This document shows positions 1 through 8,747 of a DNA stretch of 63,715 nt, piece after piece. Each line of letters starts with the position of its first letter. Position 1 is the first letter of the stretch. The stretch covers positions 1-63,715 of the forward strand of contig JAJRTU010000321.1 of assembly GCA_024278135.1 (NCBI GenBank), written 5' to 3'. The notes beneath the pieces were generated by a model. That model did no database searches. It was not told where the DNA came from and saw nothing but the letters and a program-made list of their open reading frames with translations. The translations under genes and the position numbers were made by a program. This DNA comes from Gammaproteobacteria bacterium. GTDB taxonomy: Bacteria > Pseudomonadota > Gammaproteobacteria > Eutrophobiales > Eutrophobiaceae.

Positions 1-695
1 AACTGAATCCCATCTTTTGCCAACAGACTGCATTTGTGCTTGGAAAGCATCACTGTCATTTCTTTTCCGGGAGCCAGCGTGACAGTGACAGCTTCGCCTT
101 TCGGCATACGCTCAAAGTCACTGGCACCGTTGTTGCTGCTGCCTTTTCGATCACTGGCGATGGGCTCAAATATGGTGTTCTCCAGCATCAAGGTCTCTCT
201 GAATTCGTCATGGTCACTTTTGCTGTCTTCCTTGACGGCATCGATGACTGGCTCATTCAACATCCTTTTCTTTTCGGAATAGAGATATTTTATGATTTCC
301 TGTCGGGCTGACAGATATTGCATATATTTGACAAGTGCGACTCGACGAAAGGGATTAAACTCATCTTCTCCTACATTCAGGCCGCTGATGATATCGCGCC
401 AGCCATGATCCTGTGAGAATATGAGCGGATCGAGTTCGCGTATTGCCCGATTGATGCTATTCGTGTCTTCTATGGATTTCGACAAAATGGCAACAAATTT
501 CTTCTCAATTTCCTTTATGGTACGTGCTTCCTTTTGCAACTGCTCAGGCGAAAACTTGACCATTTCAGTAATCTTTGACGAGGGTACGGAGACACGACCC
601 GCAACGGCAAACTCAAAGTCGCTGATCGAGCTGAATTTCAGTGTTAATTCGCCAACCTGGAGTTCGAGAGGTTTGCTGAAAAATTTGTTAAGCAT
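1..695 (-). CDS. hypothetical protein, partial (N-terminal 231 codons; C-terminus lies beyond the window start)
   Basis: Hand translation of the minus strand from ATG at 695-693 gives an open frame to position 1 (MLNKFFSKPLELQVGELTLKF...FSQDHGWRDIISGLNVGEDEF...KHKCSLLAKDGIQ). It is absent from the ORF track because it has no stop in the window. No family recognised. Confidence 0.5.
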   Translation of the reverse strand, partial: MLNKFFSKPLELQVGELTLKFSSISDFEFAVAGRVSVPSSKITEMVKFSPEQLQKEARTIKEIEKKFVAILSKSIEDTNSINRAIRELDPLIFSQDHGWRDIISGLNVGEDEFNPFRRVALVKYMQYLSARQEIIKYLYSEKKRMLNEPVIDAVKEDSKSDHDEFRETLMLENTIFEPIASDRKGSSNNGASDFERMPKGEAVTVTLAPGKEMTVMLSKHKCSLLAKDGIQ

Positions 696-960
696 GCGTT
701 CACTAACACCTTATAGTCATAAAAGCAGAGTATAAATCCTAAATAACCATTTGATTCATCTAGCAAAAAATACTAGTGTGAACTGCGTCACAATTTACCA
801 ATAATCAACAGCAACAGCATTCATGGCGCCATGTTCAACAGAGCTGATGTCGGAACACAATACCGCAAATTATCCCACGAGGGATACGTTTTTAATATTG
901 ATTAAAGAGGAAAGGGTGAAGGAAGAAAATTTAAAATCATTTTTTTTTACTTCTCCAATC

Positions 961-2022
961 TTACTGGCAGGTGAGTGTCGGGGCGCTCGAACGGAGTAAT
1001 TGACGTCGTTGACGGTATGGACATTTTCCAATGATGGCGACACGGGAATAAAAGGTATCGAAATCTTCGCCGGCAACTTTATAAGTACTGAAAAATCGAG
1101 GGACAAGATTTCGGTAGGTAGATACGGCTGCGAGCTTTGCGTTGTTCAGCCCGTGTTTGAACCATTCATCATACTCATCATACCCCCCCCAGTTTGTGCG
1201 CATTAGACTGTAAGCCGCTTGCAGCCCATCAAATATCGTTTTTTTTTGCAGCAGTTTCTGCGAGTCGGGCAGTGACGATTGATAAAGCTGATTGAGTCTG
1301 TCCTGATATGACAGGACCAAATCAACAAACTGGTTTTCACGCGCCAGTTGTTCGGCAAAGTCTCTTCTTTGCTCTACCGAGCCATTTGTCGCCAGCCAGT
1401 ATTCAAGTCCGATCAGGGCGACGGCATCGGCAAACGCCTCGTTAAATTCTGTATCGTCTTTGATGTAAAGTTTCTGATGGGCCAATTCATGAAATATCAA
1501 TCTGGCCAGTTCAATGTCGTTTCTTTCCAGCATGCCCCTGAGTATGGGATCATCAAACCAGCCCAGAGTGGAGTAGGCTGTCACACCGCCGAGATAGGTA
1601 TCAAAGCCGCCGGCCTTGAGAGTTTCCATATACATGAGGGCATCCTCTTTTTTGAAGTAGCCTCGATAGCTGAGGCAACCCACGATTAAAAAACAGGACT
1701 GATGAGGCTGCAGGGACAGCGCGGGTGTTGCGAAAACATTCCAGACAATATATTGACGACCAATGTCAGCATAGCTTCTATAGCTGTCATTTTCAGGCAA
1801 TTTGAGCAGGTCGCTGGCAAAATCTCTGATTTCAGTGATGCGTTGCAGTCGTTCTCCGAGTTCAATCGGTGTATCTGTCGATTGCAGCACTGTCTTCAGG
1901 TCCTGTCGGGCACGAAGTAGTTGCCATTGTCCGGAAATAGACTGTCCATAGTATGATAACGTACTGCATGAGGATAAAGCTGCGCTTAGTACGAGTGTGA
2001 TAATGGCGAATAAAACTTTCAT
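961..2022 (-). CDS. putative lipoprotein aminopeptidase (zinc metallopeptidase, HExxH-type)
   Basis: ORF 961..2040. Lipoprotein signal MKVLFAIITLVLSAALSSC starts at the internal ATG at 2022. FHELAHQ zinc-binding motif. Overall resemblance to the 'predicted aminopeptidase' family of Gammaproteobacteria. Confidence 0.75.
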   Translation of the reverse strand: MKVLFAIITLVLSAALSSCSTLSYYGQSISGQWQLLRARQDLKTVLQSTDTPIELGERLQRITEIRDFASDLLKLPENDSYRSYADIGRQYIVWNVFATPALSLQPHQSCFLIVGCLSYRGYFKKEDALMYMETLKAGGFDTYLGGVTAYSTLGWFDDPILRGMLERNDIELARLIFHELAHQKLYIKDDTEFNEAFADAVALIGLEYWLATNGSVEQRRDFAEQLARENQFVDLVLSYQDRLNQLYQSSLPDSQKLLQKKTIFDGLQAAYSLMRTNWGGYDEYDEWFKHGLNNAKLAAVSTYRNLVPRFFSTYKVAGEDFDTFYSRVAIIGKCPYRQRRQLLRSSAPTLTCQ

Positions 2023-2110
2023 GGTGTTATGACATGTCAATTAATAAAATGCCTGGTTCTTAAGGAAAAATAAACTGAAAAACGTTAAAGTATAACGACA
2101 CAGCATACAG

Positions 2111-2166
2111 CGGTCACAGAGTAAAAACGGAGATATCCTCGTCTGTTCTGTGACGGATCATTTTTT
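2111..2166 (+). promoter_or_regulatory. terminator-like hairpin plus T6 in the sseA leader / divergent intergenic region
   Basis: GTCACAGA (2113-2120) pairs with TCTGTGAC (2147-2154) around a 26-nt partly structured loop. TTTTTT follows at 2161-2166, 39 nt before the sseA ATG. Confidence 0.3.
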
Positions 2167-2204
2167 GTTCGACCGGCGAATACACCTTGAATTCCGGAGT
2201 GTCT

Positions 2205-3044
2205 ATGTATCAAACGATTATCGGCGTGGATGAATTGTCAACGAACATAGACCGGCGAGACTGGATAGTGGTTGACTGTCGTTATGATCTTGCCGAACCC
2301 TCTTCGGGTTATCAGTATTACCTGGAATCTCATATTGTCGGTGCCGTGTATGCCGATCTCACTACGGATTTGTCGGGCAGGCCGGTTAGCGATCATGGTC
2401 GTCATCCCCTGCCCACAGCAGTGAAATTGTGCAAGCTGTTCTCGTCCTTTGGCATTGATGCTGGAAAACAGGTGATAATCTATGATGCCTCATCCGGGGC
2501 CATGGGTGCACGAATGTGGTGGCTGCTTCGTTATATGGGGCACGAGGCCGTTGCCGTGCTGGATGGCGGTTGGCAGGCCTGGCAATCCAGGGGTCTGGCA
2601 GTGGAAGCGGGAGAGAGAAAAAATGATCCCGTTGCATTTATCGGTAGTGCCAGGAATGAATGGCTGGTCACGATCGACAAGGTATGTCAGTCACCGTTGT
2701 TGGTGGATGCGCGTGACGCGGCGAGATACAGTGGCGAGGTGGAACCCGTCGATCCCGTGGCCGGGCATATACCCGGCGCCATTAATCATTGCTGGAAGGA
2801 AAATCTGGCGGAAAACGGCCATTTTCTTGATTCTGAGCGTTTACACCAGCAATTCAGCCGGATTTACGCCGACACTGCACCCGAACAGGTGGTATTTTAC
2901 TGTGGTTCAGGGGTAACGGCCTGTCATAACCTGCTGGCAGTGGCTCATGCCGGGTTGCCGGCAGGGAAATTGTATGCGGGCTCGTGGAGTGAATGGTGCA
3001 GGGAGGCCGGCAGGCCGGTTGCGAGAGGCCCGAAACCGCTCTGA
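2205..3044 (+). CDS. sseA: 3-mercaptopyruvate / thiosulfate sulfurtransferase (tandem rhodanese)
   Basis: Two rhodanese domains with active-site loop FYCGSGVTACHN, typical of 3-MST. ATG at 2205 is preceded by GGAG. The track ORF begins at an upstream TTG at 2187. Confidence 0.85.
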   Translation: MYQTIIGVDELSTNIDRRDWIVVDCRYDLAEPSSGYQYYLESHIVGAVYADLTTDLSGRPVSDHGRHPLPTAVKLCKLFSSFGIDAGKQVIIYDASSGAMGARMWWLLRYMGHEAVAVLDGGWQAWQSRGLAVEAGERKNDPVAFIGSARNEWLVTIDKVCQSPLLVDARDAARYSGEVEPVDPVAGHIPGAINHCWKENLAENGHFLDSERLHQQFSRIYADTAPEQVVFYCGSGVTACHNLLAVAHAGLPAGKLYAGSWSEWCREAGRPVARGPKPL

Positions 3045-3123
3045 GACTCTTTTATCACAAGACGGGGTGCGAAATTGTGCACGAACGCTTTATAATGACC
3101 ATAAATTACAAACCATCTAAAGA

Positions 3124-4968
3124 ATGATGTCATCCAAATTACTTCAGTTGTTTAGTTCGACTATCTTGTTCTGCCTGCTTTTGGCCCCATCCTTTGTACA
3201 ATCAGTTGACCTCGATGAGCTTTACGACAACCCGGATACAGGGGACAGCCTGGACACTGGTGACGGGTTTACCGGGTCTTATGTTTCAGACGAAGATGAA
3301 TCCAGCGCTTTGTCTGATTTGTTGAATGACAGTGATGCGACAGCCGTTGCCAAAGACGTCGTCGTGGTACTGGATAATTCCGGCAGTATGAAAAAAAACG
3401 ATCCGGACTTTCTCGCCACCCAGGCCGTTTCCGAATTTATCAGTAGTCTGGACACACAAACGCGTATCGCCATTATCATCTTTGATCAGGATGTCAGTCT
3501 GGCGGTACCGCTGACACCTCTGTCGCTGGAAACAAGAGAAATTGTGCTCAGCAGCCTGAAAAAGGTGAATTACAAAGGCCTTTTTACAGACAGTCCGGCG
3601 GCGATAGAAAGAGCAATTTACGAGCTCAAGAATAATGGTCGAAAAGATGCGCAAAAATCCATCGTGTTTATGACCGATGGTATCGTCGACACCGGCAAGC
3701 CTGATGTGGATCTGGAGAAAAGCAAGTGGTTGAAGGAAGAACTGGCGGCAGATGCAGCGGATGAATCCATCAAGGTCTTTGGTATCGCGTTCACGGAGGC
3801 AGCAGATTTTCAGTTGATCCAGTCGATTGCGCAGAAAACCGATGGGGAATATTATCGGGCGCTCCAGGCATCCGATCTTAAAAAAGTATTCGAGCAGATT
3901 AATGTCATCCTGGATACACCCCCGGCTCCCGCTCCCGTTGATCAGCCTGAGCCCGCGCCACCGCCGGTGGTACAGGCTGCTCCCGTGGTGCAACAACCTG
4001 TCATTATTGAGGTGCCTGCTCAGTCAACACAATCCATGAGCAAAGAAGAGCGCGTACGTTCAACTATCATGATCGTGGCGGCGGCCATTTTATTTATCAC
4101 CTTATTGGCCATTGTTTATCTTATGTTGCGACGTGGGCGGGATATGTCTGCCGCCTCGAACGAGGCGGTGACAGATGCCTTTATTAATGACACCAATAAT
4201 TACACGGGTTGCAGCCAGTACAAATTAGGGCAGAAGCCGACCATGTTTGGCCGGGTCGCGGGTAAAGATACGGAGCATTTGAATTTTCTGGTAATTCCTG
4301 AATCGACCATCGGTCGACGGCATGCGCTGATTGAGCACAAGGATTACGGTTTCTGGATCAGCGATCAAGGCAGTATTAACGGCACATTTGTCAACGACAA
4401 ATTGATCACCGGTGAAGTCTGTCTGAAACACGGTGATAAAATTCGTTTACATAAGTATGAGTTTGAATTTGTGATGCCGGAAATGGACGATGCGGGCATG
4501 ACTGTTGTCTCCAGTACATCCTTCATCGGTCAGACTGATGATGCGGAGGCGGCAACTGTATTGCAGGGTGCGGAGTCGGCCGCTGCATCGGCAGACGGCA
4601 ATATTGAGCCCGAGTTTGATATTACCGGTGGTGCTGAAGCGGATTTTGAGCTTGATATAGGCGATGAAGAAGATGAGGAAGAAACCATCATCCGGGGTGA
4701 CATCAAAGCGGATGATCCGGTAGAGGAGGATGATTCAGAAGACGAAACCCTGATTCCAGGCAGTTCCGGCCTGCAGGAAGATCAGACAACTGGGAATCCG
4801 GACGCGGTAGTGCCTGGTAACAGCTCTGAAGACGAGACGCTTATGCGAGGTGACTTCGATACGGAAGAAGACGAGGATGTCACCATTCGCAAGGAGCTTG
4901 ATGAGGCCATGGATGATTTTTTTGATATCGGTGCCGACACTGAAGCCAGGGACGGCAACAAGGACTAG
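3124..4968 (+). CDS. membrane protein: signal peptide, periplasmic vWA domain, Pro-rich linker, TM helix, cytoplasmic FHA domain, acidic repeat tail
   Basis: Signal peptide LLQLFSSTILFCLLLAPSFVQS. vWA MIDAS motif VVVLDNSGSMKKND. TM segment IMIVAAAILFITLLAIVYLML. FHA signature FGR...IGRRHALI...WISDQGSINGTFVN...GDKIRL. The last ~160 residues are rich in D/E. Confidence 0.85.
   Translation: MMSSKLLQLFSSTILFCLLLAPSFVQSVDLDELYDNPDTGDSLDTGDGFTGSYVSDEDESSALSDLLNDSDATAVAKDVVVVLDNSGSMKKNDPDFLATQAVSEFISSLDTQTRIAIIIFDQDVSLAVPLTPLSLETREIVLSSLKKVNYKGLFTDSPAAIERAIYELKNNGRKDAQKSIVFMTDGIVDTGKPDVDLEKSKWLKEELAADAADESIKVFGIAFTEAADFQLIQSIAQKTDGEYYRALQASDLKKVFEQINVILDTPPAPAPVDQPEPAPPPVVQAAPVVQQPVIIEVPAQSTQSMSKEERVRSTIMIVAAAILFITLLAIVYLMLRRGRDMSAASNEAVTDAFINDTNNYTGCSQYKLGQKPTMFGRVAGKDTEHLNFLVIPESTIGRRHALIEHKDYGFWISDQGSINGTFVNDKLITGEVCLKHGDKIRLHKYEFEFVMPEMDDAGMTVVSSTSFIGQTDDAEAATVLQGAESAAASADGNIEPEFDITGGAEADFELDIGDEEDEEETIIRGDIKADDPVEEDDSEDETLIPGSSGLQEDQTTGNPDAVVPGNSSEDETLMRGDFDTEEDEDVTIRKELDEAMDDFFDIGADTEARDGNKD
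4675..4893 (+). repeat. four degenerate peptide repeats E-[DE]-E-T-[IL]-[IM]-[RP]-G-(D) in the acidic tail of the vWA-FHA protein
   Basis: In-frame copies at 4675-4701 (EEETIIRGD), 4738-4761 (EDETLIPG), 4828-4854 (EDETLMRGD) and 4864-4893 (EEDEDVTIRK). Confidence 0.6.
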
Positions 4969-5085
4969 GAGAGAGTCGGACTTTATCTCGCAACAAAAGC
5001 CCGGCCCGGTGGCTTTCCAGCGGCAACAGGGTGCAGCCTGAACCATTGCTCACTTGCCGGCGACTGATTTTCCACAAGTATCCCC

Positions 5086-6063
5086 ATGGATAAACAACGA
5101 CATCTTATCTCCCGGCTGGCGGACGGTCATTTCCATTCCGGGGAATCCCTGGCAAAGGAAATGGGTATCAGCCGGGCGGCAGTCTGGAAACGCATCAAAA
5201 CACTGACGGACTGCGGACTGGATGTCTACTCTGTGCGTGGCAAAGGTTATCGGTTGTCCCGGGTCATTGAGCTACTTGATTCGAACCGGATCTGTGTGGG
5301 CATGAGTGTGGACGCCGTTGCCGGAATCAATGAATTGCAGGTGTTGTCTGTACTCGATTCGACGAATCAATATCTCCATCAGCGGCTGAACGAAGGGTCG
5401 ATCCATGCCGTAGTGGTATTGGCGGAGTTTCAGAAAAAGGGGAAGGGCAGACGGGGTAATGACTGGTTGTCCCCTTATGGCAGTGGACTGTGCCTGTCTC
5501 TTGGCTGGCATTTTCAATCTACACCAGGATCGTATACAGCGCTGTCACTGGCATGTGGCGTGGCGGTATGTCGCAGTTTGCAACGACTGGGTATTGGCGA
5601 AGTGGGTCTGAAATGGCCTAATGACATTATCAACAATGATCGAAAACTTGGTGGTATCCTGCTGGAATCCCGGAGTGAGACGGCAGGATGCAGCGATGTT
5701 GTTATCGGTATTGGTATTAATATTCATTTGCCTGACAGCAGTATCAAGGCTATTCCCCAGCCCGTCATCGATATCAGCAGGATGAGGCAGCATTCCATAT
5801 CGCGCAACGCACTGTGTGGAGTACTTATAGAGGAACTGTTCAATATGCTGGAAGATTATCAGACCCGTGGTTTTACCTCCTGCATTGATGAATGGCGACG
5901 ACTGGATACGCTGAAGGGGAGGGAGGCGGATCTTGTCCTGCCTGATGATACTCTGTCGGGAGAAATTCTGGGTATAGATGAGAATGGCCTGTTATTGATG
6001 CGGGTCGATGGCGATACGCTTCGTTTCAGCAGCGGTGAACTCAGCTTACGGGTCCAGTCGTGA
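5086..6063 (+). CDS. birA: bifunctional biotin-[acetyl-CoA-carboxylase] ligase / biotin operon repressor
   Basis: N-terminal HTH (LAKEMGISRAAVWKRIKTL). Biotin-binding GKGRRGNDW motif and KWPNDI motif. 325 aa. Confidence 0.92.
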   Translation: MDKQRHLISRLADGHFHSGESLAKEMGISRAAVWKRIKTLTDCGLDVYSVRGKGYRLSRVIELLDSNRICVGMSVDAVAGINELQVLSVLDSTNQYLHQRLNEGSIHAVVVLAEFQKKGKGRRGNDWLSPYGSGLCLSLGWHFQSTPGSYTALSLACGVAVCRSLQRLGIGEVGLKWPNDIINNDRKLGGILLESRSETAGCSDVVIGIGINIHLPDSSIKAIPQPVIDISRMRQHSISRNALCGVLIEELFNMLEDYQTRGFTSCIDEWRRLDTLKGREADLVLPDDTLSGEILGIDENGLLLMRVDGDTLRFSSGELSLRVQS

Positions 6064-6803
6064 ACCTGCTGGTAGACATCGGCAACAGTCGTGTCAAATG
6101 GGCGCAGCAGTCGGATACCTGCCTGCAATTGCACGGCGCATGTTTTTACAACAAGGACCTTCTGCGTGAATCAATAGCGCCGCACTGGGGCAGTTTGTCC
6201 CGGCCGGAACAGGTCTTGATTGCCAATGTTGCAGGGGACAGAATTGCTAATGAAGTCTCGGCTTATCTGCACAGTAAATGGGGGATCACTCCGACGTTTT
6301 TATCCGTTGCCAGGAAAGCGACTGGAGTCACTAATGCTTATGAGCATATCAGCCAGTTGGGAATAGATCGTTGGCTGGCGATGATTGCGGCGTGGAACCG
6401 CTATCAGTCAGCGCTGTGTATTGTCGATTGTGGCACGGCTCTGACGGTGGATGTGGTGATGGCCTCCGGCCAACATGCGGGTGGATTTATTGTACCGGGA
6501 TTGTCATTAATGAAAGATGTATTAAACAGCCACACGCAGCAGATAAATGCTGTACTCGAGCGCAGCCCTTCACTTGAGCTGGGCTGCACTACCGAAGACT
6601 GTATCAGCAATGGTGCATTGATGGCCGTCACTTCTTTGATTCTGCAGGTATTGGCGAGAGTGTCAGCTGCATACGGAGAAGATTCTCGTTGTATTATGAC
6701 CGGGGGATATGCTGAGGAAATAAAGACCGTACTGGCGGCAGATATTGATTACGATCCCCATTTGGTATTGAATGGCATAGCAATAACGACTGAAAACGTG
6801 TGA
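6060..6803 (+). CDS. coaX: type III pantothenate kinase
   Basis: LLVDIGNSRVKWA phosphate-1 motif of the Baf/CoaX family. GTG start overlaps the birA stop (GTGA). Conserved birA-coaX synteny. Confidence 0.9.
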   Translation: MNLLVDIGNSRVKWAQQSDTCLQLHGACFYNKDLLRESIAPHWGSLSRPEQVLIANVAGDRIANEVSAYLHSKWGITPTFLSVARKATGVTNAYEHISQLGIDRWLAMIAAWNRYQSALCIVDCGTALTVDVVMASGQHAGGFIVPGLSLMKDVLNSHTQQINAVLERSPSLELGCTTEDCISNGALMAVTSLILQVLARVSAAYGEDSRCIMTGGYAEEIKTVLAADIDYDPHLVLNGIAITTENV

Positions 6804-7606
6804 TGAAATGGTTTTTTATATTATTACTGCTGGCTAATGTGATTTACTTTGGCTGGGAACTGGATCGCCAGACCGGCATGGATGTCTCCGCCAAATCGTC
6901 CTTACCTGTTATACCGAGCGGGGCAAAGCGCCTGCAGTTTCTGAATGAGCTTGATACTCCGCCCTTACTGCGTGAGGTGGAGACTGACAGCGCTGTGGAG
7001 AGTGCAACGACTGCAGGCGGTCTGGGGGAATATAGAACGCCTGCAGAGGACAAGATCACCAATGAACTGGTCGATCAGCTTCCGGAATTTGCTTTCACTA
7101 CACAGCAGAACGACTATGGCTCCGGAGCCTGTTTCAGTTTCGGGCCGATGGCAGATGAGATGCAGGCCAGAGCTCTGCTCGACTGGTTTGCCTCTCACGG
7201 TGGCCTGGCCAGGTTGCGCTATACAGATGAACAGGGACGACAACTGTTCTGGGTCTACCTGTCTCCCCAGGAATCGAGAAGGGAGGCCATGGAAACTATC
7301 AGGAGTTTTCGAGATAAGAATATTCGGGATTTTCGTCTGATTGTTAAGGGTAACCTGCAGAATGCCATTTCCATGGGCCTGTTTTCCAGCCAGGCCTCTG
7401 TCAACCAGCGTCTGGGAGAACTCGAAAAAAAGGGGTATAAACCGATTGTTGTGCCATACTCCGACGGTAAACGGGTCTATTGGGTCGATGCCAGGCTGGT
7501 GGCAGACAACGCAATGCAGGATCAGGTGTTTAATGATTATCTGTCCCGATTTTCCTCGGTACCGGTCAGTTGCAACGAAATTGCTATAGGATCGGATTAT
7601 CCATAA
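6803..7606 (+). CDS. SPOR domain-containing membrane protein
   Basis: N-terminal TM helix (WFFILLLLANVIYFGW). C-terminal SPOR-like repeat (CFSFGPMAD...FWVYLSP...ISMGLFSSQASVNQRLGELEKKGYKP). ATG at 6803 overlaps the coaX TGA. Confidence 0.75.
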   Translation: MKWFFILLLLANVIYFGWELDRQTGMDVSAKSSLPVIPSGAKRLQFLNELDTPPLLREVETDSAVESATTAGGLGEYRTPAEDKITNELVDQLPEFAFTTQQNDYGSGACFSFGPMADEMQARALLDWFASHGGLARLRYTDEQGRQLFWVYLSPQESRREAMETIRSFRDKNIRDFRLIVKGNLQNAISMGLFSSQASVNQRLGELEKKGYKPIVVPYSDGKRVYWVDARLVADNAMQDQVFNDYLSRFSSVPVSCNEIAIGSDYP

Positions 7607-7653
7607 AATATGGTCACTTACCGGTTTGTCAATCAGAGACTTGTTATAACGAC

Positions 7654-8730
7654 GTGAATATCAATACAGAGAGTTGCCTGCGGAAATTTGCTCGTGCGTG
7701 CTGCCAGAGCCTGGTGGTGTTGCCAATGTTGATAATGAGTCTGTCGCTGCAGGCAGGGGTACAGACTGACAAGATCCAGTCACTGATCACCGATGGCAAG
7801 CTGAGACAGGCCTTGTCGCTTACCAATAAGCGCTTGCATGAGGATGAGGGCAATGTCACCTTCCGCTTTCTGAAAGGCCTGATCCTGACGCGACTCAATG
7901 AGCTGGATAAGGCACGGGACCTGTTTGTGGAACTAACCCGTGAACATCCCGATCTCCCGGAACCGTACAACAATCTGGCGGTGATTTATGCATCACAGGG
8001 TGATTTCGAGAAAGCTCGGGACGCTTTACAGCAGGCCATCAACACCCATCCCAGTTATGCGACAGCACACGAAAATCTGGGAGATATCTATGCCAAGATG
8101 GCCAGCAAGGCTTACAACCAGGCCCTGCAACTTGATGCCGAGAATACCTCTGCCAAGGCGAAGTTGTCATTGGTCAACGATTTATTCTTTGTGCCAAAGC
8201 ATGAAGTGGCCGCCACGGAGACAATGGCGGAGGCTGAGCCGCCAATAGTGACAGAACCGGTAGTGGCAACTGAGCCGACACCGGCGCCGGTACCGGAAAC
8301 AACATCGCTGCGTTCAGAAAAACAAGATGTGCTGCCGGAGCAGAAGGAGGCAGGAAAGGGGCTGGAAGACCGGAAGCGGGTGCAGGAAAAACTGAAATCA
8401 GCCGTGGCGTCGACCATTGATGAGTGGTCAAAGGCCTGGTCGGCGCAGGATGCTGAAAAATATATCACGTTTTACGGCAAGGATTTCACTCCGCCCAAAA
8501 AACTGTCTCGCGCTGCCTGGGAAGCGCAACGCAAGTTGCGGCTGGCTAAACCCCGTTTTATCAAAATAAAGATATCGAATCTGAAAATCACCATGCTGGG
8601 CGATGACCATGCTCAGGCTAATTTCAGGCAAGGCTATCAGTCCGATACTTACCGGGACGAAGTCAACAAGGCACTGATACTAAAAATGGTCGATAAGCAG
8701 TGGCTGATCACCCAGGAACAATCGAAATAA
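7654..8730 (+). CDS. TPR-repeat protein with a C-terminal domain shared with the adjacent L,D-transpeptidase
   Basis: TPR repeats (PEPYNNLAVIYASQGDFEKARDALQQAINTHPSYATAHENLGDIY). The start is uncertain: the ORF opens at 7570, and the GTG at 7654 lies downstream of the SPOR gene stop and gives a signal-like N-terminus. The C-terminal ~100 aa align with the L,D-transpeptidase C-terminus. Confidence 0.7.
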   Translation: MNINTESCLRKFARACCQSLVVLPMLIMSLSLQAGVQTDKIQSLITDGKLRQALSLTNKRLHEDEGNVTFRFLKGLILTRLNELDKARDLFVELTREHPDLPEPYNNLAVIYASQGDFEKARDALQQAINTHPSYATAHENLGDIYAKMASKAYNQALQLDAENTSAKAKLSLVNDLFFVPKHEVAATETMAEAEPPIVTEPVVATEPTPAPVPETTSLRSEKQDVLPEQKEAGKGLEDRKRVQEKLKSAVASTIDEWSKAWSAQDAEKYITFYGKDFTPPKKLSRAAWEAQRKLRLAKPRFIKIKISNLKITMLGDDHAQANFRQGYQSDTYRDEVNKALILKMVDKQWLITQEQSK

Positions 8731-8747
8731 TCCCCCCTGAAAATGTA

